This document shows, piece after piece, positions 1-9,806 of a stretch of DNA of 40,583 bases. Under the pieces are notes generated by a model. The model searched no databases and had not been told where the DNA came from. It was given only the letters and a program-made list of their open reading frames with translations. Source of the DNA: a virus (Duplodnaviria; Caudoviricetes); the IMG/VR virus record IMGVR_UViG_3300043610_000045, positions 1 through 40,583 of that record; one strand, written 5' to 3'. How positions within the stretch are numbered: position 1 is the first letter of the stretch; the number at the start of each line of letters is the position of its first letter. The position numbers and the translations under genes were made by a program.

Positions 1-14
1 GTCACGCGCAGATT
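1..14. repeat. Terminal direct repeat, left copy (GTCACGCGCAGATT)
   Basis: Identical to 40570-40583; suggests a circular/complete genome opened between the packaging HNH and terS. Confidence 0.9.
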
Positions 15-43
15 TTTTGGATCAAGATAGGGGTTGTAACACA

Positions 44-352
44 ATGCGAACGCCCAGAAAAAGGGAACTGGCTATTGAGCGATCTCGGGCGCAAGCGCGG
101 TTGATTGTGAAGGCTGACATTCAACCTGGCCAGATGTCACCGCTCAACTATTTGCTGATGGTGATCAACGATTCAACCGCAGACTCAGACCGGCGTGACC
201 GGCTGGCGATTGCTGCGGCACCCTACTGTCACCCACGACTGACGGACGCTCGTCGACCAAGCAAAAAGGATCGGCAAAACAAAGAGGCGGCGGCGGCCGG
301 TGCGGGCACGCCATGGGTCGATGACCTGGAGTCTGAAATTAGGGCCAACTGA
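44..352 (+). CDS. terS: Terminase small subunit
   Basis: Directly upstream of terL with TGATG overlap; SPLNYLL..DRLAIAAAPYCHPRL helical motif; ATG at 44 chosen (track starts at 17). Confidence 0.7.
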   Translation: MRTPRKRELAIERSRAQARLIVKADIQPGQMSPLNYLLMVINDSTADSDRRDRLAIAAAPYCHPRLTDARRPSKKDRQNKEAAAAGAGTPWVDDLESEIRAN

Positions 353-2097
353 TGCTGAGCTTTGTTCCGGTCCCTGACGACCCGCCGGCAATGCCGGTTG
401 TTTCCGATGTTCCCGAGCCATCGCGGGGCGAGGACTGGGACACGAGTTGCCGGGACTGGGAGGAGCGGATCCTAGACGGCCGCTCGCTGGTGCCGGATCT
501 GCCGCTGTATGAGGCCGAGGCGGCGAAGGCGCTGCGGGTATTCAAGCGGCTGCGGGTGCCGGATATGATTGGTACTCCCACGCTGGATGAGGTTTGCGCG
601 CCATGGTTCCTGTCCATCGTGGCCGCGCTGTTCGGATCGTATGAATGGGACACCAACAGTCGGCACATCAGCGAATATTTTCTATTAATTCCGAAAGGCA
701 ACGGAAAAAGTTCTCTTGGCGGAGCGGTGATGCTGACGGCGATCATCGTCAACCGGCGGCCGGAGTCAGAATATCTTTTCGTGGCTCCCACAATGGAGAT
801 TGCGGCAATCGCCTATAAGCAGGCTAAGGGGACGATCCGCCTAGATACTGAGCTATCAAAACTTTTTCACGTGCAAGACCACATCCGGCGCATTACACAC
901 CGCCGCACGGGCGCAACGCTACAAATTAAGGCGGCCGACACCGACGTCATTACGGGCTCAAAATGCACCGGCACGATGATCGATGAAACCCATCAATTTG
1001 CACGCAAAAGCAATGCGGCGGAGATATTCGTCGAGCTCCGCGGCGCGCTGACCAAGCGGCCGGACGGGTTTCTGTTTCAGACCACGACGCAGAGCAAGCA
1101 GACGCCGAGCGGTGTGTTTGCGTCGGAGTTGGCGATGGCGCGCTCGGTGCGCGACGGCAAGATGCGGATGCCAATGCTACCCGTGTTATACGAACTGCCC
1201 GATCGGTTGGCGCGCGACGGCGGATGGCGCGATCGCCGGTACTGGCCGCTGGTCAACCCGAATTTGGGGAGGTCGACCAACGAGGACTTCCTCGCGCGCG
1301 AGATCGTTCGCGCCGAGGCTGACGGGCCGGCAGCGGTCGCCTTGATCGCGAGCCAACATTTCAACGTCCAAATCGGGATGAGTCTGCGTGCCGATGGTTG
1401 GGCTGGTGCAAATTATTGGTCCCGCGGTTTCGAGGAGGGGCTATCGCTTGATGGCGTGCTGGCGCGCTCGGAGGCGGTGGTCGTCGGCATCGACGGTGGC
1501 GGGCTTGACGACCTGCTCGGCATTGCCGTGGTCGGACGCGAGAAGGATACGAAGACGCACCTGGCGTGGACGCATGCACTGATTTCGCCGGAAGGGCTCG
1601 AGCGGCGAAAAGCTAATACCGGGTTTTATGAAAGGTTTCAGGCCGACGGCGACTTAACCGTGGTCGAGGAATTGCCGGATGACATTTCCTACGTCACCGA
1701 CATTGTCGAGAAGGTGAAAGAAACAAAGAAGCTGGCGGGTGTCGGCGTGGACGCGATCGGGATCGGCGGCATTGTCGATGCCCTCGCAAAAATCGGCGTC
1801 ACGCAGGAAAACAAGCTGCTCGCCGGCGTCAGGCAAGGTCTCTCGTTGATGGGCAGCATCAAGACCGTCGAGCGCAAGCTCGTCGACGGCAGTTTCAAGC
1901 ACGGCGGCCAGGCGCTGATGACGTGGTGCGCCGGCAATGCGCGCATCGTGCCGACGCCGACCGGGATGCGGATCGCGCGCGACGATTCGGGTTATGGCAA
2001 GATTGACCCGCTCATGTCACTTTTTAACGCAGTCGCGCTACTCGCACTCAATCCCGAACCGCAAAAGCGACCCGAGGTTCGGCTGTTTTTCGCCTGA
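352..2097 (+). CDS. terL: Terminase large subunit
   Basis: Walker A IPKGNGKS, Walker B MIDETH, motif III TTT, nuclease GIDGGGLDD and C-terminal KIDP. Confidence 0.95.
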   Translation: MLSFVPVPDDPPAMPVVSDVPEPSRGEDWDTSCRDWEERILDGRSLVPDLPLYEAEAAKALRVFKRLRVPDMIGTPTLDEVCAPWFLSIVAALFGSYEWDTNSRHISEYFLLIPKGNGKSSLGGAVMLTAIIVNRRPESEYLFVAPTMEIAAIAYKQAKGTIRLDTELSKLFHVQDHIRRITHRRTGATLQIKAADTDVITGSKCTGTMIDETHQFARKSNAAEIFVELRGALTKRPDGFLFQTTTQSKQTPSGVFASELAMARSVRDGKMRMPMLPVLYELPDRLARDGGWRDRRYWPLVNPNLGRSTNEDFLAREIVRAEADGPAAVALIASQHFNVQIGMSLRADGWAGANYWSRGFEEGLSLDGVLARSEAVVVGIDGGGLDDLLGIAVVGREKDTKTHLAWTHALISPEGLERRKANTGFYERFQADGDLTVVEELPDDISYVTDIVEKVKETKKLAGVGVDAIGIGGIVDALAKIGVTQENKLLAGVRQGLSLMGSIKTVERKLVDGSFKHGGQALMTWCAGNARIVPTPTGMRIARDDSGYGKIDPLMSLFNAVALLALNPEPQKRPEVRLFFA

Positions 2098-2110
2098 AAA
2101 TCAGAATGCA

Positions 2111-2329
2111 GTGATAGCACGCTCCGAAACCGGAAAATCAGGGTTTCCTTATCAGTTGGCACCAGACGGATCGGTGAGGGTGGAATTCCTTGATCCGAAG
2201 GCGGCTGATGGCAAGCTCGTTTATGAATTGTCGCCGAAACAATGGGAAGAATTTCAAAAGCGATTGCGCATAACAGGCTGCGCATCATTTCCACTGCAGC
2301 AGAAACAAAGCGGCAACGTATTCTACTGA
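2111..2329 (+). CDS. Small hypothetical protein (moron-like)
   Basis: AT-richer ORF from GTG 2111 filling the terL-capsid gap. Confidence 0.45.
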   Translation: MIARSETGKSGFPYQLAPDGSVRVEFLDPKAADGKLVYELSPKQWEEFQKRLRITGCASFPLQQKQSGNVFY

Positions 2330-2342
2330 AGGACTAACTCCC

Positions 2343-4316
2343 ATGTTGAACCGAGCCTATTCCCTCCTTGAAATAAAGGGGGTCGACGAGGACGCGCGCG
2401 TCATCACCGGCATGGCATCGACGCCGACGCCGGACCGGCTCGAGGATGTGGTCGAACCGACCGGGGCGCAGTTCAAGCTGCCGATGCCGCTTTTGTTTCA
2501 CCATGACTCGGAGCAGCCGATCGGTCACGTCATCAAGGCCAAGGTCGGCAAAGCCGGCATCGAGATTGTCGCCAAGCTCGCACAACTTGCCGAGCCCGGC
2601 CGTCTCAAGGATCGCCTCGACGAGGCCTGGCAGTCGTTAAAGCTGGGTCTCGTGTCCGGCCTCTCGATCGGATTCAAGCCGATCGAGTTTTCGTTCATCG
2701 AAGAGACCAAGGGCATCCGCTTCACGCGCTGGGACTGGCTCGAGCTGTCCGCCGTGACGATCCCGGCGAACCAGGAAGCCACCATCGCGACCATCAAATC
2801 GATCGACACTGCGCAGCGGGCCGCGTCCGGCCAAGCAAAGCCGCGTCGTGTTGTTCATCTCAACCCACCCGGCGCCTCGGGATCATCGCAACCGAAGTCT
2901 GCTGCCCAGGAGGGCGCCATGAAAACCATTGCCGAACAAATTACCGCGCTTGAAGCCAAACGTGCCGCGAGCGCGGCGCGCATGGAAGCCGTGATGCAGA
3001 AGAGTCTCGACGAGGACCGCACTTCGGATGCGGGCGAGCAGGACGAGTTTGATACGCTCGCCGGCGAGGTCGAGGCGCTCGACAGGGATCTGGTGCGGCT
3101 GCGCAAGATCGAGCAGGCCAAGGCGTTTGCGGCCAAGGCGGTGACCAAAGTCGACACGCAGCACGATGGTGCGGCGACGCGCAGCGGCTCGATCATCGTC
3201 AAGGCACAGCCGACACTCGAACCCGGCATTGAACTGGCCCGGCGTGTGAAAGTCAAAATCATCCAGCGCGTAAGCAGCGAACGCGCCTCAGATGTTGCCG
3301 CGGCAATGTATGGCAGCGATAGCGAAGTTGCCGCGTTCTACAAGGCTGCCGTTCCCGCCGGCACGACACTCTCGGGCAACTGGGCCGCTAACCTTATCGG
3401 TGCAGAAACCGGCGGTGCGGCAGTCGCGGCGTTTTTGGAATATTTGCGACCGAGGACGATCCTGGGACGCTTTGGCACTGGTGGCGTTCCAGCTTTGACT
3501 TCGGTGCCGTTCCGCGTTCCGATCGTTACACAGACCGGTGCCGGCGCCGGCTACTGGGTCGGCGAAGCGAAAGCCAAGCCTCTCACCTCGTTTGCCTTCA
3601 CGCGAACCACGCTTGCACCCTTGAAGGTCGCGAACATCTGTGTGCTGAGCATGGAAAACATCCGGTTCAGCGATCCGAAGTCGGATGCTATCGTGCGCAA
3701 TCAATTGGCGGAAGCATTGCGGGCGAGGCTCGACACCGACTTTATCACTCCGTCAAAGACCGCAGTGACGAATGTGTCGCCGGCCTCGATCACCAACGGT
3801 GCGGCAACAATCGTCTCATCGGGTGATGATTCCGATGCGATCCGGTTGGATATTCGCTCGCTGCTTGCCAAGTTCAATGCGGCGAATAATCCTCCTTCAA
3901 GTGGTGTGTTCATCATGACATCGGCCTGCGCTCAGGCACTGGCCATGATGGTCAATCCGCTCGGTCAGCAGGAATTCCCAACCATGGGTGCAACCGGCGG
4001 AACAGTCTACGGCATGCCGGTGATCGTCAGTGATTATGTCCCAAGTGCTCTTGTCGTGCTGGTCAATGCCACGGATGTCTTCCTGGCGGATGATGGTGAT
4101 GTTTCCGTCGATACGAGCATGGAGGCTTCGCTCGAAATGTCGGATGCTCCAACGCACGATGCGAGTACGCCGACAGGTGCTTCCCTTGTAAGTCTTTGGC
4201 AGACCAACAGCGTCGGCGTCAAAGCCGAGCGTATCATCAACTGGATGCGCGGCCGGACGCAGTCGGTTGCGTATCTGACCAGCGCAGACTGGGGCGGACC
4301 CGTCCACACCGCCTAA
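2343..4316 (+). CDS. HK97-type prohead protease fused to major capsid protein
   Basis: N-terminal protease motifs (LLFHH, GLSIGF, ELSAVTIPAN), coiled-coil delta region, capsid motifs (WVGEAKAKP, GMPVIVS, SLWQTNSVGVKAER). Confidence 0.93.
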   Translation: MLNRAYSLLEIKGVDEDARVITGMASTPTPDRLEDVVEPTGAQFKLPMPLLFHHDSEQPIGHVIKAKVGKAGIEIVAKLAQLAEPGRLKDRLDEAWQSLKLGLVSGLSIGFKPIEFSFIEETKGIRFTRWDWLELSAVTIPANQEATIATIKSIDTAQRAASGQAKPRRVVHLNPPGASGSSQPKSAAQEGAMKTIAEQITALEAKRAASAARMEAVMQKSLDEDRTSDAGEQDEFDTLAGEVEALDRDLVRLRKIEQAKAFAAKAVTKVDTQHDGAATRSGSIIVKAQPTLEPGIELARRVKVKIIQRVSSERASDVAAAMYGSDSEVAAFYKAAVPAGTTLSGNWAANLIGAETGGAAVAAFLEYLRPRTILGRFGTGGVPALTSVPFRVPIVTQTGAGAGYWVGEAKAKPLTSFAFTRTTLAPLKVANICVLSMENIRFSDPKSDAIVRNQLAEALRARLDTDFITPSKTAVTNVSPASITNGAATIVSSGDDSDAIRLDIRSLLAKFNAANNPPSSGVFIMTSACAQALAMMVNPLGQQEFPTMGATGGTVYGMPVIVSDYVPSALVVLVNATDVFLADDGDVSVDTSMEASLEMSDAPTHDASTPTGASLVSLWQTNSVGVKAERIINWMRGRTQSVAYLTSADWGGPVHTA

Positions 4317-4330
4317 CTTTCTCGCCACCT

Positions 4331-4370
4331 CGGGGGCGGGAATTCGTCCTCCCCGCCCGCCCCCGTTTTT
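4331..4370 (+). terminator. Intrinsic terminator after capsid gene
   Basis: 10-bp stem CGGGGGCGGG (4331-4340)/CCCGCCCCCG (4356-4365) followed by TTTTT. Confidence 0.65.
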
Positions 4371-4384
4371 CGGAGATGATACCG

Positions 4385-4720
4385 ATGAAAATGCGCCCCT
4401 TGATGGCGATCAAGCCGCACAAGTACGGCACCCGGCACCTGACCGCCGGCGAGGAATACGAAGTGCCGGCGCGGCATGCGATCGCGCTGGTGGCAGGCAA
4501 GAAGGCGCGGTTTGCGGACAAAGTTGCGGCTCGCGCGCCGGCAGCGAAGCCCGAGGCCGAAGTGCCGACGCCGCAAACTGTTGAACCCGAGCTCGAGCCC
4601 GCCACCATCGAGGCAACGCTCGATGATCTGCGGCTGCAGGCCACACAGTCGGGCATCGATGTCGATCGTCGTTGGGGCGTGGCGCGGCTGCAGCACGAAA
4701 TCGCACAGGCACAACGCTGA
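4385..4720 (+). CDS. Head-associated hypothetical protein
   Basis: GGAG RBS; C-terminal LRLQA..GIDVDRRWGVARL small helical motif; coupled to portal. Confidence 0.7.
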   Translation: MKMRPLMAIKPHKYGTRHLTAGEEYEVPARHAIALVAGKKARFADKVAARAPAAKPEAEVPTPQTVEPELEPATIEATLDDLRLQATQSGIDVDRRWGVARLQHEIAQAQR

Positions 4721-6096
4721 TGCGGATCTTCGGCCTGCCGATTCCTTTTACCGGCGAGAAGCGCAAGGCGCTCAACTCCGTGCCGGAAGGCCGCGGCGGC
4801 TGGTATCCGATCATCCGCGAGCCGTTCACCGGCGCCTGGCAGCGCAACCTCGAAATCAACGTCGACACTGCGTCAAGTTTTCACGCCGACTTCGCCTGCA
4901 AGACACTGATCGCCCGCGATATCGCCAAACTGCGGGTCAAGCTGGTCGAGAAGGACAAAAACGATATCTGGTCTGAGACGACAAACCCGGCGTTCAGCCC
5001 GGTGCTGCGGCGGCCGAACGATTATCAGACCCGCAATCAATTTTGGGAAAGCTGGGTGCTGTCGAAGTTGTCGCGCGGCAATACCTATGTGCTCAAGGTG
5101 CGCGACAATCGCATGGTGGTGACCGCGCTGCACGTGCTCGACCCGACGCGGGTGCAGCCGCTGGTCGCCGACGACGGCAGCGTGTTCTATCGTTTGAGCA
5201 GCGATAACCTGGCCAACATCGACGACATGGTCGTGCCGGCGCGCGAGATCATCCACGATCGCTTCAACTGCTTGTTTCATCCGCTGGTCGGGACGCCGCC
5301 AGTGTTTGCCTCTGGACTATCCTCGATGCTCGGCATCAATGCGCAAAAGACCTCGGCGCTGCTGTTCGAGAATGCTTCGGTGCCGGGTGGCCTGCTCACC
5401 GCGCCAGGTGAGATCAGCGATGTCGAGGAAAAACGCATCAAGGAGGAATGGGAGCTTCGCTTCTCGCGGGTCAATCTCGGTCGCGTTGCCGTCCTAAGCG
5501 GCGGCATGAAATACGAAAAGATGTCGATCACCAACGTCGAAGCGCAGATGATCGAGCAACTGAAATGGTCGGCCGAGGTGGTCTGCTCGGTCTACCACGT
5601 CCCGCCATACAAGGTCGGCGTCGGCGTGTTGCCGACATACAACAACATCCAATCTCTGAACGTTGAGTACTACTCTCAAGCGCTGCAGTCGCACATCGAG
5701 GAAATGGAGGAACTGCTCGACGCGGCACTCAGCATCGGCATCGGCGAGAGCCTCGGCACCGAGTTCGACACCGAGAACCTGCTGCGCATGGATACCGTGA
5801 CCCAGGTCACCGCCATCCGTGATGCGGTCGGCGCCGGTGTGATGTCGCCGAACGAGGGCCGCGCCAAGTTCGATCTCAAGCCGGTCGTAGGTGGTGATGC
5901 ATGCTATCTGCAGCAACAGAATTATTCCACAGAAGCGCTGGCCAAGCGCGACGCGCAGGCCGATCCGTTCGCGCCGGCAACGCCACCAGCACCGCCTCCG
6001 CAGCCCGCGCCGACCGAACCTGCTCCCGCCAAGGTGCTTGCGCTCGGAGAGCGATTTGATCGGGCGCTGCGGGCCGTGGATCGCGAGGCCGCATGA
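4720..6096 (+). CDS. Portal protein (HK97 family)
   Basis: RPNDYQT, RGNTY, EIIHDR, VYHVPPYKVG, MSPNEGR motifs. Confidence 0.95.
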   Translation: MRIFGLPIPFTGEKRKALNSVPEGRGGWYPIIREPFTGAWQRNLEINVDTASSFHADFACKTLIARDIAKLRVKLVEKDKNDIWSETTNPAFSPVLRRPNDYQTRNQFWESWVLSKLSRGNTYVLKVRDNRMVVTALHVLDPTRVQPLVADDGSVFYRLSSDNLANIDDMVVPAREIIHDRFNCLFHPLVGTPPVFASGLSSMLGINAQKTSALLFENASVPGGLLTAPGEISDVEEKRIKEEWELRFSRVNLGRVAVLSGGMKYEKMSITNVEAQMIEQLKWSAEVVCSVYHVPPYKVGVGVLPTYNNIQSLNVEYYSQALQSHIEEMEELLDAALSIGIGESLGTEFDTENLLRMDTVTQVTAIRDAVGAGVMSPNEGRAKFDLKPVVGGDACYLQQQNYSTEALAKRDAQADPFAPATPPAPPPQPAPTEPAPAKVLALGERFDRALRAVDREAA

Positions 6097-6275
6097 TGGA
6101 CGACAACGAGATCACCGAACTCGCGAAGGGCATGGTGCCGTTCGTGCGCGATTGCGTCGCCGAGGCATTTACCAAGGCCGTACTGCCGCCCGAGCTCGCC
6201 GAACAGATCGCGAGCGCAATCCGTTTGCTGCATGAATCGCCGCAGCTCGAGCAACGAGAGCCCGGCAACTCGTAA
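6093..6275 (+). CDS. Hypothetical protein
   Basis: ATGA-coupled to portal; 60 aa helical. Confidence 0.65.
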   Translation: MMDDNEITELAKGMVPFVRDCVAEAFTKAVLPPELAEQIASAIRLLHESPQLEQREPGNS

Positions 6276-8120
6276 ATGTCGCAGCAGATTATCAACATCG
6301 ACGAACTGCCGCCCAACGATGAGATCCGGATCTCGTTCGACAAGTGTAATAAAAATTTCACCGAACTGTACGAGGACGTCGACGAGCTAAACGGTCGCAT
6401 CGATCGCATTCGGATTCCAGCCGGCGGCGGTAGAGGCGGCGGCGGAAGTGGCAACGGAGACGGTGGGCAAGGCCCGCCGGGTCCGCCCGGACCACAAGGG
6501 CCACAAGGCGATCCTGGCCCAGCCGGTGAGACCGGATCAGCGGGGCCAAAGGGCGACACCGGCGACGTTGGACCGCAAGGCCCAACCGGTGACACCGGCG
6601 CGCAAGGATCGCCCGGCGCGACCGGTGCGCAAGGACCGCCCGGAATAGACGGAATACAGGGCCCACAAGGCGAGCCGGGCGCTTCGACCTCAGTCATTAA
6701 ATATCGTTTTTCGACCACCACCTCGCCGCCGCCTGCTTCGGGATATCTGCGGCTGAACAATGCCAATCCAGCGCTGGCGACTGTAGTCTATTGCAGCAAA
6801 ACGACCGATGTCGGCGGTGATGCGACACTCGTGTTCGGCATCACCCAGATTGATGATCAGCTTCTCATCCAGGACTTTAACGACAGCAGCATTCGGCACC
6901 TCTTTCGCGTTACTGCGCTGCCAATCGATCAGGGCACCTACACTGAGATCGCAGTTCTTTGGATCGAAGGTGCCGGCACGTTTGCCAACAATAACGTCAT
7001 TTCGACTGGGTTCATGCGGCCGGGACAGGAGGGGCCGCCCGGCCCACAAGGCGATCCGGGTCCGGTCGGCCCTCCAGGCCCAGCCGGACCACAAGGCGAT
7101 CCGGGAGCACAGGGATCGCCCGGTGCTCCTGGAGCGCAAGGACCAACCGGTGCAACCGGATCGGCGGGTTCGCCTGGTGCAACGGGTCCGCAAGGTCCGC
7201 CTGGCGCTGGCAGTCCATCACCACCGCAGGGGCGCCTGACCCTGCAGTCCGCCACGCCTGTGATGACCACGACGCAGTCGGCGAAGACAACGATTTATTA
7301 CTCGCCTTATGTCGGCAGTGCATTGCCTCTCTACGACGGCGTTAACTTGGTAATGACCGCGTTTACTGAGTTGAGTGTCGCGACGACAGACACGACCAAA
7401 AACCCCGCCGCGATTGGTTCTGAGAAGGTCAACGACTGGTTCGTCTGGAATGATGCCGGAACGCTACGCCTCAGCCATTGCCCTGACTGGACGAGCGACA
7501 CGACACCCAGTGGTACCGGTACACGTCCTGGGCTGGTGCGGGTCAACGGCATCTGGCTCAACAACGCCGCGATCACCAACGGCCCCGCCGCACAGCGCGG
7601 CACCTATGTCGGTACTACGAGAAGCGATAGTTCGGCACTTCTAAACTGGCAATTTGGCAGCGCTGCTTCCGGTGGTGGCCTGGGCATTCTCGGAGTGTGG
7701 AATGCCTATAACCGCGTCGATGTCGGAACGACCGTCACGGATAACGGAGCACAATATACGTATTCGGCGGCAACGACTCGTTACGCGCGAGCTTCTGGAA
7801 ACAATTCGATCTATTTCGTGCTGGGGCTGGCCGAGGACAGCGTGTTTGCCTGTCATGTCTCCAGAGGTGGAACAACAGGTGCAGCGGCTGCCGTTACCCT
7901 TCATGGAATTGGATTAGATGTGGTTGATTTTAGCATTCAGTTTAATCAGGTATATGCATCCACCACATTTGTACAACTCATGTCCACTTCCAGTAGCGGC
8001 GTTTTCAATCCCGGCATAGGATTTCATTTCTTCGCAAGAGTTGAGCAGGGCGACGGAGCAAATGCCAACGGCTTCAACGGCGGTTCGACCGATTTTCTTG
8101 CTGCCAGACTGAGAATGTAG
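6276..8120 (+). CDS. Collagen-repeat fibre protein (head fibre/decoration candidate)
   Basis: Two Gly-X-Y tracts (~6470-6680, ~7030-7210) and a beta-rich C-terminal domain. Confidence 0.8.
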   Translation: MSQQIINIDELPPNDEIRISFDKCNKNFTELYEDVDELNGRIDRIRIPAGGGRGGGGSGNGDGGQGPPGPPGPQGPQGDPGPAGETGSAGPKGDTGDVGPQGPTGDTGAQGSPGATGAQGPPGIDGIQGPQGEPGASTSVIKYRFSTTTSPPPASGYLRLNNANPALATVVYCSKTTDVGGDATLVFGITQIDDQLLIQDFNDSSIRHLFRVTALPIDQGTYTEIAVLWIEGAGTFANNNVISTGFMRPGQEGPPGPQGDPGPVGPPGPAGPQGDPGAQGSPGAPGAQGPTGATGSAGSPGATGPQGPPGAGSPSPPQGRLTLQSATPVMTTTQSAKTTIYYSPYVGSALPLYDGVNLVMTAFTELSVATTDTTKNPAAIGSEKVNDWFVWNDAGTLRLSHCPDWTSDTTPSGTGTRPGLVRVNGIWLNNAAITNGPAAQRGTYVGTTRSDSSALLNWQFGSAASGGGLGILGVWNAYNRVDVGTTVTDNGAQYTYSAATTRYARASGNNSIYFVLGLAEDSVFACHVSRGGTTGAAAAVTLHGIGLDVVDFSIQFNQVYASTTFVQLMSTSSSGVFNPGIGFHFFARVEQGDGANANGFNGGSTDFLAARLRM

Positions 8121-8131
8121 AGGTATCCAAA

Positions 8132-8545
8132 ATGGATGCATCGACACTGCATACTGCTATCGTAGATGCCGGTTGTCCGACCATCAGTTGCACGGTAGTG
8201 GACCCGGTTGACCGTGCAACCTGGACCTTTATCCCGGAGGAAGGAAATACTCAGGCGCAAATCGATATCGGAAACAATGTCATTGCGACCATTCCGGCAG
8301 AGGTCAAATCGACGATCACGCCATCGGATTTTATCGCGCGCTGGACAAATGCCGAATATCTGGCGCTGGAGAAAAAACGCGCAGCCGACATTGCGGCTAA
8401 CAAGGTGGGCAACGCCAAGAACTGGGACAATGTTACATCAGATGGCACGATCAACATGAATAAGAAAAAAGTGCAGACACTTAAATCGGACCTCGTGACC
8501 GATGGCATCCTGACGCAGGCGCGTGCGGATATAATTTTTTCATAG
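8132..8545 (+). CDS. Hypothetical protein, possible fibre chaperone
   Basis: GAGG RBS; follows fibre gene; shares its lower GC. Confidence 0.65.
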   Translation: MDASTLHTAIVDAGCPTISCTVVDPVDRATWTFIPEEGNTQAQIDIGNNVIATIPAEVKSTITPSDFIARWTNAEYLALEKKRAADIAANKVGNAKNWDNVTSDGTINMNKKKVQTLKSDLVTDGILTQARADIIFS

Positions 8546-8553
8546 GGGGCGGC

Positions 8554-9186
8554 ATGAGCGAGAAATCGATGATCCCCGCTCCACAGTACACGCTAAACGA
8601 GGCGATCGGCGTTTGCCTTGCCATGGGCCACCGCGCCCTGGCCGAGGTTCGCGCGCTGGCGCGCATGCCGGGGCCGTCCGGGGAAATCGGCCCGGAAGGC
8701 AAGCGCGGGCCACAAGGCGAGATCGGCGGCAAGGGCGAGCCCGGGGAACCGGGCATGCAAGGCGCCATGGGTCCGACTGGCCTCGGCGGCAAGGACGGCG
8801 AGCGCGGGCAGAAGGGCGAGCCCGGTCGCAATGCCGCCGATCTGACATTCCTGCAGGATTACGTCGTCGAGCAGGTTGGGCGCGCATTCAAGACCGCGGC
8901 GGTCACCACGTCCGACGGCGGCCGCACCTTGCGCTGGGTTCTGGGCGAGACGGTGCATGAGATCAAGACCGCCATCGTGCTCGATGCCGGCGTGTGGAAA
9001 GAGGGCGCGGCTTATGTCGCCGGCGACGGCGTCACCTTGGGCGGCTCATTCTTCATCGCCCAGGTCGCAACCACCGCCAAGCCCGGCAAGTCGGACGACT
9101 GGCGCCTCGCCGTCAAGCGCGGCAACGACGGCCGCGATCTGCGGGCGGACGAGAAACGCACACTCGAGCCGGTCAGGTTCAAGTAA
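8554..9186 (+). CDS. Collagen-repeat protein with C-terminal carbohydrate-binding-like module
   Basis: Gly-X-Y tract; GVWKEGAAYVAGDGVTLGGS..KPG..WRLAVKRG. Confidence 0.75.
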   Translation: MSEKSMIPAPQYTLNEAIGVCLAMGHRALAEVRALARMPGPSGEIGPEGKRGPQGEIGGKGEPGEPGMQGAMGPTGLGGKDGERGQKGEPGRNAADLTFLQDYVVEQVGRAFKTAAVTTSDGGRTLRWVLGETVHEIKTAIVLDAGVWKEGAAYVAGDGVTLGGSFFIAQVATTAKPGKSDDWRLAVKRGNDGRDLRADEKRTLEPVRFK

Positions 9187-9806
9187 TGCACTCGATTCTT
9201 GAAATCCTCGAAGAGTCGTCCGACAGCGCCGGGCCTGACCTGATCAGTCTGGACGATCTCAAGTTTGCGCTCGGCATCGAGGGCACGACGGAAGACTCGG
9301 CGCTGCAGGCCGCGATCACCATGCAGTCACGCATCATTGCAGAATATTGCGACCGCCGTTTTGGGCTGGCCGAGGCGCTGGAGACGTTCACCTTTGATCG
9401 CAACGAAACCATGCTGCCGCGGCAGGCGCTGACGCTGTCGCTTTATCCGGTCATCGAGGTGTACGAAATCTCGACTGCAGGCGCGACCGCGTCCGACTAT
9501 GAGTTCGATCCGGACAGCGGGCGGCTGTGGACCGGCGGTTGCTGGGCGGAAACAGTCGTGGCCGTGTTCTATCTGGGCGGCTATGACCTGCCGGAAGGTG
9601 CGCCGGCGCGGCTGCAGCAGGCGGTGATCCAGGCGGTGAACGAGGGCCGCACCACCGGTTCGCGCGATCCCGGCATCCGCGAAGTACAGCACGGCGATAC
9701 CCGTGTCGCCTATTTCACGCCGTCGCTGTCGACGGCCTCGTCGGGCTACCTGTCGGCGCCCGTGGTCGATCTGATAAAACCGTATCGGCGCCTCTATGTC
9801 GCCTAG
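9186..9806 (+). CDS. Head-tail connector (gp6-like)
   Basis: LISLDDLKFALGI, IAEYCDRRF, YLGGY..P..LQQA, LIKPYRR. Confidence 0.8.
   Translation: MHSILEILEESSDSAGPDLISLDDLKFALGIEGTTEDSALQAAITMQSRIIAEYCDRRFGLAEALETFTFDRNETMLPRQALTLSLYPVIEVYEISTAGATASDYEFDPDSGRLWTGGCWAETVVAVFYLGGYDLPEGAPARLQQAVIQAVNEGRTTGSRDPGIREVQHGDTRVAYFTPSLSTASSGYLSAPVVDLIKPYRRLYVA

Noticed and set aside
6470-7210. Repeated DNA motifs considered as CRISPR array or DGR template/variable repeats
   Set aside because: They encode Gly-X-Y; no constant repeat-spacer period, and no cas or reverse transcriptase gene
5876-7270. Long minus-strand ORFs (5876-6766, 6938-7270) with GPxGP repeats
   Set aside because: Antisense shadows of collagen codons in high-GC DNA
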